A stretch of 63,985 bases of DNA, the filler included, from Olpidium bornovanus S191 (lineage: Eukaryota > Fungi > Olpidiomycota): the NCBI GenBank assembly GCA_017911155.1. It is 29 parts of 29 records of this genome, joined end to end, with 100 filler letters (N's around TTAATTAATTAA, not from the genome) between each part and the next. Parts side by side here need not be neighbours in the genome. Positions count along the whole stretch, not along the records: positions 31,924 to 34,863 come from JAEFCI010002657.1; positions 34,964 to 37,209 come from JAEFCI010002620.1; positions 37,310 to 38,435 come from JAEFCI010010298.1; positions 38,536 to 42,057 come from JAEFCI010008156.1; positions 42,158 to 45,579 come from JAEFCI010008974.1; positions 45,680 to 48,386 come from JAEFCI010003673.1; 23 more parts are not named here. One strand, 5' to 3'. The notes beneath the pieces are model-generated. The model ran no database searches. It had not been told where the DNA came from and was given only the letters and a program-made list of their open reading frames with translations. Both the position numbers and the translations under genes were made by a program. Of this stretch, positions 33,931-46,583 are shown one piece after another. Each line of letters opens with the position of its first letter. Position 1 is the stretch's first letter.

Positions 33931-34963
33931 AATGCGAGGAGCTGCTGATCCAAAAGGTAAAACAGCTTTGGGTCGGACAGGGATGACTTCCAAAATCAGA
34001 AAATGCACAGATGCGTTTGTCTTGCAGAATTGAGAAGGGGTATGCTTTTCCAGACAATTCGTCCTGTAACTTCACGAGATGAGCTCCAATTTGAAAAATG
34101 TAACAACCAGCAGATGCACAATCTCAAGATATATACAACGGTGGTATTGAATCTTTGATCGGCGTTTTCGTTCTTGAGCAAACGCCTAAGACGTGATAGC
34201 CAGGTAAGTCCTGGAGAAACGAATTGAGCGCACAGAGTTGCTTCGTTCTTTGCAGGGACTGCGCCAAACGGTTTGGACGAGCGGATGCGCCATGTCCTGG
34301 GTTTCACAGAGTGGTGGAGGGGATCGGATTGGCTTAGTATTCGCTCGTCAATGAAAGAAAACGTTCCAGCTCGGCGTTGAGGGGAGGTAGTGCCGGGTTT
34401 TGAGCGAAACCCGCACGTTCTCGGCGACCTGTGCGCCAATTTATGTTCTGTAACTTGGAGAAGGTGCGCCCAGATGTCGTCGACCTGTGTGCCAAGTTTC
34501 AGCCGGTTCGGACCGGAATTCGCCTGCAACCGAGGCCTTTGAAGTTGCCGGATGTCGCAGCTGGAGAGTCCCCAAAATGACCGCTTCCTACGATTTCTTC
34601 GCCGAACGGGGCCAATTATGGCTGATTGAAAAAAATTGTATTGCCTCTAATTGTCTAACGGGTTATACCGGTCGATAGAGCTCGTCGTGAACTTTCGTTT
34701 GATTATCCTTCAATGCAAGATGTACTGTTGACCGGCGCTAACACATGTTATCATAACACACACAAGCGAAAAGTGCACTGCCGAGAGGTTGTAAAGGCGG
34801 ATCCGCTCTGCCCGTTCGAGCTTGAAGAGCGCTGCTGTTGCCGTAAAAGCCGCCCCTACATGCNNNNNNNNNNNNNNNNNNNNNNNNNNNNNNNNNNNNN
34901 NNNNNNNTTAATTAATTAANNNNNNNNNNNNNNNNNNNNNNNNNNNNNNNNNNNNNNNNNNNN

Positions 34964-36852
34964 CATGGCGCTGACCTCTGCCTGCAGTTCCCGTTGCGCC
35001 TTGATCCGCTGGCACTGCGCCTGGTAACGCGCGCAAAAGCGCAAAAGTGGGTGGGGGGTGCGGGGGGGGGGGGAAAGGTAGAAACCCCAGAATGAGAGGC
35101 TGTGCGCACAACAAAACGCCGTTACCCCCTTCGCGCGCAAAGCCCGCAGCGATAGATTTACGTACCAGGCTTGGCCGCCCTGAGTTGCCACGTCAAAATG
35201 TTTAGCACTAACGGCGGGAGGGAGGGGGGGCAAGGCCGTTTACAGCGACGCACCGGGACTAAAACGCACCTTGTACTCCAAGATCCTGAAGCATCTTCTT
35301 TAGCCTGGCAATTATGGCTGCTCCGGTATCTAGGTCTTCAAGCTCTTTCCCCCTAAAACAGCAATTCCGAACATTTGATCAGCATTCGATGAGGGACCGC
35401 ATTTTGGTTTTGCTCGGTGGTCACATTCTGCGGGAACAGCGCTCACCACCTCTTCCTAGCCCCACAAGCCGTGATAAACTTCTTAAGCGAGTGTATCTTC
35501 TCGGCTTCTGCCGGTGTCAGATCCTGAATGGCGAAAAATGCGGCTGTTAGACAAGTCCGGCCAAGCCAAACAACAAAAGAAAAAAAAGTCATCTGCATAA
35601 GCGGAAAGCAAATGAGGACACCTCTCACCAGATCCTTGCCGGGAACAGCCGGCGGCAGATTTCCCGTCTTCGATTTTCCTCTCTTCCCTTTAGTCGCGGG
35701 TTCCGCGGCGCCATCGAGTTTTCGACTTCTCTTTGTCCCACCCGAAGGTGAAACTTTATTCTTCTTGCGCGGAGGAGTTCCTTCGCCTTCCTCGTCTTCG
35801 CCGTCGATACCACCCGGCTCCTCGGAACCCTCCCGCCGTTTCGCCGGAGTCCTGCGGCTGCCCCGCGCTCCTGTCGCTTTGGAGGCCGAGTGCGTCATGA
35901 CCGGCGGCGGAGGCATGAAGTCCGAGGATTCGCCGTCGCCTTCGTCTTCGCCGTCGCCTTCGTCTTCGCCGTCGCCTTCGTCTTCGCCTTCGCCGCGTGT
36001 CTTTTCCATTTCCGGCCGCTCAGACTGCCCAGCAGCCGTCTGCACGAGTTGACCAAAGAAGGAAGGAGCGGGGGGGGAAAGGGCCGAAGGCGGCGCCGCG
36101 TCGAACGGAGAATTCTGAGGGATCCGCACAAAAAGGAAAGGTTACACGCAAGGAGAAGGGGGGAGTGGGGGGGAAGGGGGAGGGGGAGGGGGGGGGAAGG
36201 CCAGGCCGGACCTTTTCCGCGGTTGCGCCGCCGCCTCTTGCTTTCAGGGAGCCGGCGGACGCGGACGCGGGCGTGCCGGCAAAGTCCGAGTCCGAGTCCG
36301 AGTTCACGACCGCCGGCGCCACCCTTCTGCCGCGCGCGGGCGGCTTTGATGGCCGGCCCCCCGCCGCACCAGCGCGGAAGCCCCGCGCCTCCCCGGCGTC
36401 GCCAACCTCTTCTTCTTCGTTTTCAACCTTCCGCGCCGCGCGGCCCGGGGCGGCTCCCTTTTTCCCAAGCTCGCACTCCGCGGCGGCGCCGGTCTCGCCG
36501 CCCGGCTTCGCGGACGCGCGGCGGCGGGACGACGACGACGACGCAACCTCATTATGAACGTCCTGGGAGCGTGAGAGAGAAACGATTCCGCCTGTTACCA
36601 TGACCAAGCTGCCGCGCCCCCAAGTCAACGCCTCTCCCACCCCTTGTCCACACACGAAAAAGGCGCGGACGGAGCGGGCGGTTCAAGCTTTTCGCGGGAT
36701 CGAGGAGGTCCTTCGCAAGTCCCGTGCTCACAAAAAACGCCTTTTCGATGATCTCCTTGACGTGCGCTTTGACCGCCGGGTCTTCAAGCACCGCCTGCTC
36801 GACGCCCATGCGCTTCGCGACGCCGGCCCTGACTTGCCGCGAAGTAAGTTCA
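34964..36852 (-). CDS. DEK_C plus HIRIP3-type (CHZ-like) histone chaperone, both ends missing
   Basis: N-terminal ELTSRQVRAGVAKRMGV...VKAHVKEII (DEK_C-like), an acidic/basic linker with (EDEGDG)x3 encoded by an 18-bp repeat near 35935-35990, then EKIHSLKKFITACGARKRW|GKEL...IARLKKMLQDLGVQ|GRPSL|AQCQRIKAQRELQAEVSAM matching the HIRIP3 C-terminal region. Confidence 0.75.
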
Positions 36853-37010
36853 CTGGGTGGGGGGGGGGAGGAGGACAGCGGAAAACGCGGACAAAATAAC
36901 CCCGTTTGAGGCCGCCGCGTTCCGGGAGAACGGGAAACGCATAACAGTGTCCGGGCCCTCTCTCCGGGCCGCGGCGCCCGCCGTCGTCGGCTCTTCCTCC
37001 TCCCATTTTC

Positions 37011-37066
<56 letters not shown>

Positions 37067-37309
37067 CCCCCCCCCCCCCCCCCGGAAAAAAAGGGGGGGG
37101 GGGGGGGGGGGGGGGGGGGCGGGGGGGGGGGGAGGCGGGGGGGGGGGGGAGGGGGGGGCGAGGCGGGGATTGAGGCCGCGCGGCAGCAGGCCAAGCTGTA
37201 ATTAGCAGCNNNNNNNNNNNNNNNNNNNNNNNNNNNNNNNNNNNNNNNNNNNNTTAATTAATTAANNNNNNNNNNNNNNNNNNNNNNNNNNNNNNNNNNN
37301 NNNNNNNNN

Positions 37310-37368
<59 letters not shown>

Positions 37369-39166
37369 AAAAAACAAAAACCGGGCCCCCCCCCTTTCCC
37401 CCCCCCCCCCCACCCCCCCCCTCCCTTTTCCCCGATCTCCCCGCTCGCGCGAACTGTTCTAATACTTCCAGAGCGTGATGCTACACGTATTATGCGCGTT
37501 GCCCGTTTGCCTCTCGTTGGACGGGAGCCGTGGGGAAAAATGAGTGAGCGGGGGGGGGGGGGGGGGGGGGGGAAGGGGGGGAAAGGGGGGGTGTTAGTGG
37601 GGAGGAACGGAAAACGCGGGAGACTGACAAGGTTGCAAGGCTTTTTTTTTTTCGTTAATTTCTGTGGTTTTTGTCAGAGAGAGAAGGGGCGGCGAGGTTG
37701 GCCGGCTAAAAATCGCGGAGGAGGAACGGCACACTCATTTGGTTTCTCGGCTGGTCGTCATTTTTCGTTCAACGCGGGGTGTCCGGACCCCGACCTCCCC
37801 CTCCCCCGGCCCCCTTTTCCCCTTATTTTCCCCTCTTCCCGCCGGCAATTAGGCTTCTTCTTCGCTCGCCATCCACGGACGCGCGTGCTTTCCCCGCGCC
37901 GTAAATTTGGCTCGCACCGGGCGGCAACCGAGTGCGCTCGCGTTCCCCCAGGTCTTCTCGGAGCGACCCGTTCGCGCCTCCCGCCGCCCGGCCGGCAGCA
38001 GCGGCGCCCGACTGCTCGCACGTAAGTCGCCCGTCCTTCCGCCCCCCCTCGCCTGCCAAGCTCGCCGTCACCCCGCCGCCGCGCGAGAAGCTCACCGCGC
38101 TCATGCCCCTCGGCTCGAGCGAGAGGCCGGGACACGGGCGAAGATCGAGCGCGGCGCCTATTCAACATGTTTTTTGAGAGACCGATTGATCGGCGAGGCC
38201 GCCAGCAACAACCCTTTTTTGTCGGTGACGTTTGTCCGACCGAGGCAGAAGAAGGAGAGGAGTGGAATTGAAGGGTTACTCCAACGTGCTTTCTTGCCGA
38301 ATCGTAGCAGAAGCACATGAATCAGAAGGGAGAGCTGCGTAGAGGGCAAAGGAAAAAGAGACAAACACAGTGCTTGTGGGAAACTGCATCAATCCGCGTC
38401 GTTGTTTGTGCATCTCCCGTCCCGCCGCAGGCCTCNNNNNNNNNNNNNNNNNNNNNNNNNNNNNNNNNNNNNNNNNNNNTTAATTAATTAANNNNNNNNN
38501 NNNNNNNNNNNNNNNNNNNNNNNNNNNNNNNNNNNCATGCGGAGCTCCCCGTTGGGCTGATAACGCCCGAGCAGTTGATAATGCGCCCACCCGCTGATCT
38601 CCTTTGGCAGTGAAAACAGGCATTCTCGGATTTTACCATCCGTTTATATGTAATTTTGAACTTACTCGCTGTTTACTTCCCGCGGAAAACACAGCACTGA
38701 GAAGGCGACTCTATAGACGTTCAACGCCCTGTTCTGCCAATTCACTTTTGACATAGCAGTCTCCATAAATGTGCGTCCCCAAGTCACGGTCAAACACGCC
38801 ACCGTCAGCTCATGACTAATGGCACATTCCGACGCCAAGCTGCCACACGTCAAATTGCCGGCAGGCGCTTCTTCACAACGGCAGCGCGATTTCACTTGGC
38901 TGAGCCAGAGTAATAAGGTTTTCTTTAAGGTTCGATCTGTTTTTGCACCCAATTGTGACTTCGATAATGAGACGTGCTGCGCGATGTCGCCGTCACAAAT
39001 GTATGCTGTGTATGCGACCCACCCCCGCGCGCCGCCGCCGCCGCCGCCCGCCTGCCGCGCCGGCTCCTCCTCCTCCTCCTCCTCCTTCCTCCGCTCCGGG
39101 CAATGCCCGGCCGAGCCAGTCCCTTTCGCTCTCGCGCGCGCGCCCCGGCCACGCCGCCGCCGCCCA

Positions 39167-41475
39167 ATGTCCACCGCGTCGCAGCCGCCCCCAACGCCGC
39201 AAGTGAGCGCCGTGCCCGGGTACGGCCCGGGCCCGCCCCAGGACGACAAGCAGCAACAGCAGGCCAGGCAATTCGGCCTGCACCTTGGAGAGGAGCTCCA
39301 GCAGCAGCAGCAGGGCCAGCCGCCCGCGTTGCTTGCGGCCGCCGACCATGGCGGCGCCCGGCTTGAGCTGCGCCACCGTTCCCGGCCCCCAGAGAAAGCC
39401 CTGATCACCGCGGCGCTCGCTGCGGCCAACGACGCCGTCGCCTTTGACGCACAGAACAATGTCGAGGCCGCCCTGCGTTCATACACGACGGCAATCGAGC
39501 TGCTTGACCAGGCCAGTGCCGGCAGGTCTCCGGCAGACTGCGCCAAGCTCTTAAAAATCGTGCGTATTCCATCCGCTCGAGGGAGATCCTTTCCGGGGAG
39601 TTTGCCGGAGCTCCTTACATTCCACACTTTGCAGAGGCGTTCCCTCCTCCATTCCCTGCGCGCTAACGTTTCGGAAACGGGTAACGTCACCATCTACCCT
39701 AGCGAGACATCTATGCGGAACGTACGCGGCTCCTCCAGGCCTTGACACCTGTGCGCCTGTCCGCCGAGCCAACAAACGACGTGTCTGTGGTGTCGGGGCC
39801 GACCGATGAGGACTCGATATTTGGCACGGCGAGCGCCGACGAAGACTGGGGTGTGGAACGACCAGACGTGGTACGAAAGGCCGGTCCCCGGCGAAAACGT
39901 GCCGGTCGAAGGCGCCTGCTGCCTTCCAGCTGATCGCATCGTTTTTCGGCGGCGACCTCGTCTGGTTGGTATTTTGCAGGATTCAAGGCTGCCCCTATCC
40001 GGGTTGACCATCGATCAGTCGGCAGACGCCGGGAGTTCGACGCTGGAACCGCCTGGCTTGTCTGTGAGAAGAGCCGTGTCCCCCACGGTCACCTCTCCGT
40101 TATTCGGTCCGTCACGGGCCTCGAGCCTACCCTCTTCTGTGTCTGGCTCGTTGGCCAGGAGCAAGGCCGCCGGAGAGAAGAGGGACAGGTGGACCCTGGA
40201 AGATTTGTTTCAGGAGGATCCCTCTCGGGTAAGGAGTGCCGGGAAGAATCCGCCAAGGTTCCGTCAACGGATTTGACGTTGTTCCTGAAACGTTATTTGC
40301 GCGTTCGGAAGACATTGCAGCCGTTGCCGGAGGCGCCGACGCCAACTGGTTATCACCGTCACTTTTGGCTTGCGCGGACTCTCGCCGGGAGCATAACCAC
40401 CGGGGCATTCCTGAGTCGGAGGCTGTACGTTCCTCGTCTGGTGTGGATCCAGCCGGGGCCTTGCAAGCTACCGTCGTTAGCGGCCAAGATCGCCGCTTGT
40501 GAGGTTGTCTCGGCAGCATGCGACGCCATGCGGGCTGGATGTGGAATTTCCGGTGTGGACGCGTCGGCGGCTCCTTCAGCGTCGGCTTCTTCCCCAGCCT
40601 TTGCGCCGCCTCGCGATCTGGCCGCTGCGGCCTGGGAGCTGGACCAGCTTGCGGAGGCCATGGACACCGCACACGCCATGCTTGCGAGGAAGCTGGCATT
40701 CCTCCCCGCCGATCTCAGCTTGGTTTTTACCTCCAACCGTTCTGACCGGCCGCCCTCGACTGGCGCCCCTCTGCCCGTTCCGCCGCCAAAGTGCGAGGAC
40801 GAGAAGGGCGACGGATCTGTTAAAGACGTCGCTCTTCAAGGAATTGAACGGGATGGGAAGGAGAGGGATCGGTCGAATATCAAAGTCGCTAGGCTTCGGT
40901 CCATGCGGGACAAGATATCCAAGTCCGTGGACAAAGTTATGGGGGATTACATCGACCGAATGAAAGGGGGGGGAGGGAAAGACAAAATGTGCGGCAGCGT
41001 GGTATGCTCGGCGCGTTTGGTGCTCGCTCCAGCTCTTCTACTTTCCCTCGCTAATGAAAGCCTCTTTGCAACGGTCTTCAGGGACGAGTCGTCTGCATAC
41101 ACGAACGCCCTTTTGCGGTTGTTCACGTCCACTCAGTTCCTAGGCAGGCAGAAAGATCGCGCGTGCCGGTGGTTTTCGTTGCCTGCTCTCGGCATTTGCT
41201 TAATTCTTCTCCCGTTTTCTCGACAACCCACCTCGCCAGACGACTGGTTGTACCACGCAGAGCAGCTCGAGGCAGCGGCGCGATCGCCGGACCATCACCC
41301 GCACCAGGACTCGGCGTCCTCTTCACCGTCGGATACCGCTCTCTGGGCAAGGATCCTCGCCCGTCTGCGGCACGCCTCGGATTTTGTCGGCGTTGTCACC
41401 GCATTCGCCCTCCGCGATCTTGGTGTCTTGATGTCAAAGCACGTCAAGCAGGGACGCAACTGGATCGTGGAGTGA
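39167..41475 (+). CDS. Fungal MIT-domain protein, multi-exon (internal junctions only partly resolved)
   Basis: MIT helices ALITAALAAANDAVAFDAQNNVEAALRSYTTAIELL...LLKI|RDIYAERTRLL. C-terminal family motifs FWLARTL...GAFLSRRLYVPRLVW, KIAACEVV, YTNALLRLF, RDLGVLMSKHVKQGRNWIVE*. The start at 39167 is a best guess. Confidence 0.8.
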
Positions 41476-42157
41476 AGAAGCCGTGGAGATTCGAGGCAGG
41501 CCCGGCAGCTTTGGCTACGGGATATGCGCGGGTCCACGTCACGGCGTCCCGCCTTTTAGCCGTCTGCTTCCTGCGGCTTTATACGGGCACCTACTCTCAT
41601 GTTATGATGTCCGCTTTTCGGACCTGGACCCCTGGCGGCGTCGAAAAAGAATCTACCTCTCGTCTGCAGTTACCGTTTCTGTTAGGAATTACGGACGTTT
41701 TATTATCTGGGCGCGAACGCGTGCGGCTTCTTGTTGACGAAAGTGACATCAGAACCGCCGGGGACGCAAAGTCAGCGGCACCACCGCAATTGAGGCGAGC
41801 GCGAATGTCTAGTGGGCAGCTCCGAGTCCGAAAACGAAAGCAACCACGGCCGCTAAGTTGACCAACAGTGCTGTGCCTGGAGAGGCACGTAGTGTTTGGG
41901 CGTACTGTGAGCATATCAATCCAGAAATTTAATGACGTATCCAGCACTGCAGGAAGTAACAACGTAAATTCCTTACACGACATTCTCTCCCAGCGCCCCC
42001 TCCTTGCGCAAGCAGCCGCTGCTGGCTGCCTACCATTGGGGCGCGCGCGAGAACATGNNNNNNNNNNNNNNNNNNNNNNNNNNNNNNNNNNNNNNNNNNN
42101 NTTAATTAATTAANNNNNNNNNNNNNNNNNNNNNNNNNNNNNNNNNNNNNNNNNNNN

Positions 42158-44012
42158 CATGCAGTGAATGAGGACCTTCCGCGGGCTGCCGCCGCCGGCG
42201 AGCTGCCGCCGCAGAAACTCGAGCGCAGGCCCGATCGCGTCTCCGAATCGGACCTGGCCCTTCTTGCCCTCAGGGATGCGGAGATTCAGGTACGCATCCC
42301 GCCGGCGTTCCGAGGCGTTTTCGGGGTACTCGAATTCGGCGCAGCAGTTGATCACGGCGTCGAAGTGCTCCCAGCACTGCGGCGGGCATCCTGCAACGGG
42401 AACACGTGAGCACCGCCGCGCCGAGAAAGCGAAAAAAACCGGGGGAAATTCCGAAAACCGAGAAAAAATAAAACCAACCGCTGGCCTTCGACCCGACGGC
42501 GATCCCGGTGTCTCCGATCCACTTGAAGCCGTCTCGATCAAACTCCCTGCCGGCCTTGCCGTCGTTGCGCGACTCCCGAGCAGAAGCGACAATCCGGCGG
42601 ACGGCGGCCTCGCAGGCCGCTGCGGTTCCGGACAGCATCTCGTCCTTGTGGCTCCAGAACAGACTGGGGGTCAAACCCTAAAAGGCCCCACCCGAGCAAT
42701 CAGTTTATCGAAAACGACGCGGCACGCGCGGCGCCGCAGCGATTAAACGGGAATCCGCGCGCTCTCGCACATAAGTCGGTAAAACATACGTGTGACCACA
42801 GCTCGTGGTCATCCGCAGCGCCCTGCACGTACAGGTAGGCCCCGCGGCGCTCCGCACCGGCCGGGACAGCCGTCGAGGCGCTGACGCATATGACGGGCCA
42901 AAAGCCGCAGTTGTCGTAACACGGCGGAATGTCCACAAAAATTCTCGACTTCGGCGTAAACCAAATCGGGCGCAGCGGCTTCCGGAGCTTGGATGCCAGA
43001 GCCGCTATATCCGCTCCTGACGACTAGCAGAGCGCGAGGTAGCAGAGGAGAACCCGCGGGCCGGCGGGGGCGGCGTCATTGTGCTTTTGGCCGGTTTTGC
43101 AGAACCCCAGCCCAAAAAGACGACATAACCCACAAGCAAAGTCTCGGCAAAGCCGTCGATCCGCGCCGCGATCTGGGCATGCTCCGTCATCGGGACGCAC
43201 GACGACAACGAGTGAAACTCGGAGTCCCAGTCAGCACTTGACGCAGGGTGCTGTGTCTCCTTGTTCGCTCGGCAAACGTAGAATTTTACGGCTCGGTTGA
43301 CGGTCGCGCACCATATCGGTATTGTCTTGGAAAGCGAGTCGGGCATCCGCTTCCCGCGGCGCGTCGAGTCCACTATAATGCATCTTTGTTCGAATTTTCG
43401 AGGGAGATGGGGAGAACGAAAAGAAAGAAAAATGAACCCACCCTTGCCTTTGTCCGGCGTTGTCGTTACGTTCACGCCGTCTGTGCTCACCCGCCGTGCT
43501 TGGCTACCGTATCCAGGAGGTGCAAGTTCGACCTCCGCAGAGAAAAATCCCACACGCCGGTGTGCCCGTCCGTCGACTTAAAATAAACCGAGTCCTTGTG
43601 ACGCTGCGCGGGCGGACAGCGTTGGAGTTGGTTCAGCGAAACCGCTTGCCAGCCGCGACCAGAAGTGACGCCTGGCCGGGGTTCGGTGACGCAGTTGGCT
43701 CTCCTCCGCAACCCCAAGAGGCCGCGCCGCCTGCTATCCTCCACCTCCTCCCCCTTCATCCCCCCTCACCGGCCCCGAACGGGGTGGCCCCGCGCCTACG
43801 TTGCGGGGGTATATGTACCACGTGCCGCACCTCTCGTTGCCCACGAGGGGCAGGTGCGGCAGCATCTGGTGAATCACGTCGTTCACGAAGGCAGCGTCTT
43901 CCTGTATGGACAAGAGCCTGTTGAGGGCGCTCCGGCTGTCTCTGCGGATGTCCTCGAGGTCGTCGCGCGCCCTCCGCCGGGCGCGGTCGAGCTCCTCCGG
44001 CGCCCGGCGCAT
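42158..44012 (-). CDS. RIT1: Initiator tRNA A64 2'-O-ribosylphosphate transferase Rit1, multi-exon, 3' truncated
   Basis: SALNRLLSIQEDAAF, LVGNERCGTWY, YFKSTDGHTG.WDFSLRRSNLHL, VDSTRRGKRMPDSLSKTIPIWCATVNRA, VICVSAS, YVQGAADDHELWS, GLTPSLFW, and C-terminal VLIHC. Confidence 0.93.
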
Positions 44013-44195
44013 AGGGCGCGCCGCCTGGTCCGTTCCTTAGGGGTTCACTTCAAGCCCCCGGGACGCGCAAGTCGCCCGAGCGGCGGGGGTCGGGGGCTGT
44101 TTTCGACGAGGGGAGGAGGGGGGTGAGGCCCGATTATCGTTTCGGGATCCCAAACGGATTTCCACGCGGACGGAGGGGAGGCGGGGGGCGGGGGG

Positions 44196-44246
<51 letters not shown>

Positions 44247-44599
44247 AGGTGGAGAAGGCTTTTGGCTGAAGCTCCTCCGTCTGGCGTCTTCTCCGTCCCA
44301 AGTCTGTGGTCTCCTCCCTCTCTCGTACAAAACAGGCCCAGAGCAGTCGGTACGCCTCGAACACGGTCCGTTCTTTCTCTTCTGCCTTTCTTGCCGCGGG
44401 CCCGCTGCGCGTCCGTTTCCTTCCGGTCTCCAAAAGCTCCGCGACGGACGCCCCCGCGCCGTCCCCCGGCCGCCCGTCGTGAAAGAGCCGGGGAAACGGA
44501 GACGGAGGCGGAGACGGAGACTGAGGGTAACGGTTTGGTTGCTCGCCGGTCGTCACGTGACCCCCCTCCGCAGCGCCCACGTACTTATCTACCCGTTTT

Positions 44600-44663
44600 G
44601 CTGCGCCGCCGCCGCTCTCCGACACCAAACAAACACAACGAACAACAACAGGTTGTGAGCCCA
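44600..44663 (+). mobile_element. Putative Copia LTR 3' end plus primer-binding site
   Basis: ...ACACCAAACAAACACAACGAACAACAACA|GGTTGTGAGCCCA: CA end (44649-44650) abutting a one-mismatch copy of the copia/Ty5-type half-tRNAiMet PBS GGTTATGAGCCC. Confidence 0.55.
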
Positions 44664-44769
44664 GCGGCCCTACCCTGACCGCACGTAACCGTCGTCTGCC
44701 CGTCAGTGCGCAAACGCCGGACAGTGGCAGGAGAGGGCGCGTGTCTCTCCAATTTCCACATATTTGATG

Positions 44770-45135
44770 TGTTGCCTTCCCATCTTTTATTGCCTTTCGA
44801 ACGAAGTGGCACATAATGTCGATGTGCTTTGTTCGAAAATGCTGAATCGGATTCGTGCCGAAGGCTATCACGGACTGATTATCACAGAGGATGGTGATAG
44901 GACTTTCTTGTGGGAATTCAAGTTCCCGCATGAAGTTTGCTGCCCATATGGCTTCCTTAGTTGCCTTTGAGGCTGCCATATATTCTGCTTCCATCGTCGA
45001 GAGCGCCACGGTCTTCTGTCTTCTTGAGTTCCAGCTTACTGCTCCTCCGGCCGATTTCATGGTGCACCCAGTTACTGATCTTTGTGTGTCCGTGTCGGAT
45101 CCCCAATCGACATCCGCGTATATTAGTGACTTTAC
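44770..45135 (-). mobile_element. Ty1/Copia RNase H domain remnant
   Basis: YADVDWGSDTDTQRSVTG...GGAVSWNSRRQKTVALSTMEAEYMAASKATKEAIW...ILCDNQSVI...HFRTKHIDIMCHFVRK. Confidence 0.92.
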
Positions 45136-45319
45136 CTGTTCGTTTTTGTGGTTTTGCGCCCGCCCAGGGCGTTGTATTTTACGCGTCAAGAAGGAAGAAA
45201 AAATACAGGGCAAACATTCAGGGGTTCCAACTAAAGTAAGCGAATTCTAACACTCCTCCTCGGGGGGAATCCAAAATAAAACAAAGTGCGCCTACACCGC
45301 GGTGCGCCCCCCGCCCCCG

Positions 45320-45579
45320 TCACATGACCCACATGGGCCCGCCCACGCAGGGGGGCCCGCACGCTCGGCGGACCCACGCAAGGGGGGCCTGCACGCTCGA
45401 TGCCCGCATGGGGAACTGTTCCCCCATGAAACTGTCTCCGCGCGGAACCCCACACGGCGCGCCCATGCCCAGCGCGCCCATGCCCGTCACGCCCCGCCTG
45501 GAGCGCCCCACACGGCGTACACATGCCCGGCGCGCCCATGCCTGGCACGCCCCGCCTGGAGCGCCCCACACGGCGCGCA
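45320..45579. repeat. GC-rich degenerate minisatellite
   Basis: CGCCCCGCCTGGAGCGCCCCACACGGCG occurs twice and CGCGCCCATGCC three times; the array runs into the gap. Confidence 0.75.
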
Positions 45580-46030
45580 NNNNNNNNNNNNNNNNNNNNN
45601 NNNNNNNNNNNNNNNNNNNNNNNTTAATTAATTAANNNNNNNNNNNNNNNNNNNNNNNNNNNNNNNNNNNNNNNNNNNNCATGTCAGGCCCCTTTCCTTC
45701 GTGCCCGAAGCGAAAATGGCTGCGGTCATCGCGGGATAATTAGCGATTTTTGCAAAAGGGAAATTTGATCATCAAACCCGGAAAGTGCCAGGGGGTTTCG
45801 TGAACACGGCACTAGCCCATCCGATGCGGAAACGAACGTAGCGAAATCTGCAGACCCGATTTAACACGCAACCGCCGGGGATGCCACGGATGGGGAACAT
45901 TCTGGCCGTTCAAACGGTCGGAGTCACCGTTCCGCCCTGTCTCGAGCGATCTCGCTCGTAGTAAGAAACCTTGCATTCAATTCGTGAGGAAAGCAAATCC
46001 GGGGCCCAGCGGCGTTTCCGAAAAAATGTA

Positions 46031-46200
46031 ATATATTCCCAACCATGTTTGGGAGAAAGTCGACAACCAAATGTGAATTCTCATGTACAAATATTCGACC
46101 ACGCCGTGGGAGAAGGTCGACAACCAGACAAGTATTCTCAAATAAGATACTCCCAACCATGTTTTGGAGAAATTTGACAACAAGAAGAGAATTCTCAAAA
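46031..46200. repeat. Three degenerate ~57-bp tandem units
   Basis: Units start near 46031, 46091 and 46147 and share (T)CCCAACCATGTTT.GGAGAAA.TCGACAAC....ATTCTCA. Confidence 0.85.
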
Positions 46201-46583
46201 GCACCCCACCGGGCTTCACGATGCGCCACACCACCACAGGCATTCGGGGTGCAAACCGGTAAACAGCACCAGCGTTAAACGCATTGTATGAGAATTTGCC
46301 GATTTTCACTTGATTGCTAATCAATCAGCCTGCAGCAATTAGAGAAGAGGTGGAGCTCGACGTCGGAAACGGTCACGGCTGGCCGTCGACAGGACTACTG
46401 TTTCTCTCTTGGTGCAGGGAGAAAATTGTTGAAACTAGGCGAATGAGGTCACGGTGCCAAAACGCTTGTTGAAGTCAAAGTAGGATAGGACGTGAGCACG
46501 GGCCGGAAAAACGTTTCGACAAGCGTGGATATCCCAAAACGGTAGGGAAATCAACATGACACCCTCCTTGAACCACATGGTCC

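Noticed and set aside
45200-45240. TACAGGG...CAGGGGTTCCAAC as a possible DNA-transposon terminus
   Set aside because: No matching inverted end or target duplication on this contig.
46031-46200. CRISPR-like periodicity
   Set aside because: Whole units are homologous with no unique spacers, the context is eukaryotic and there are no cas genes.
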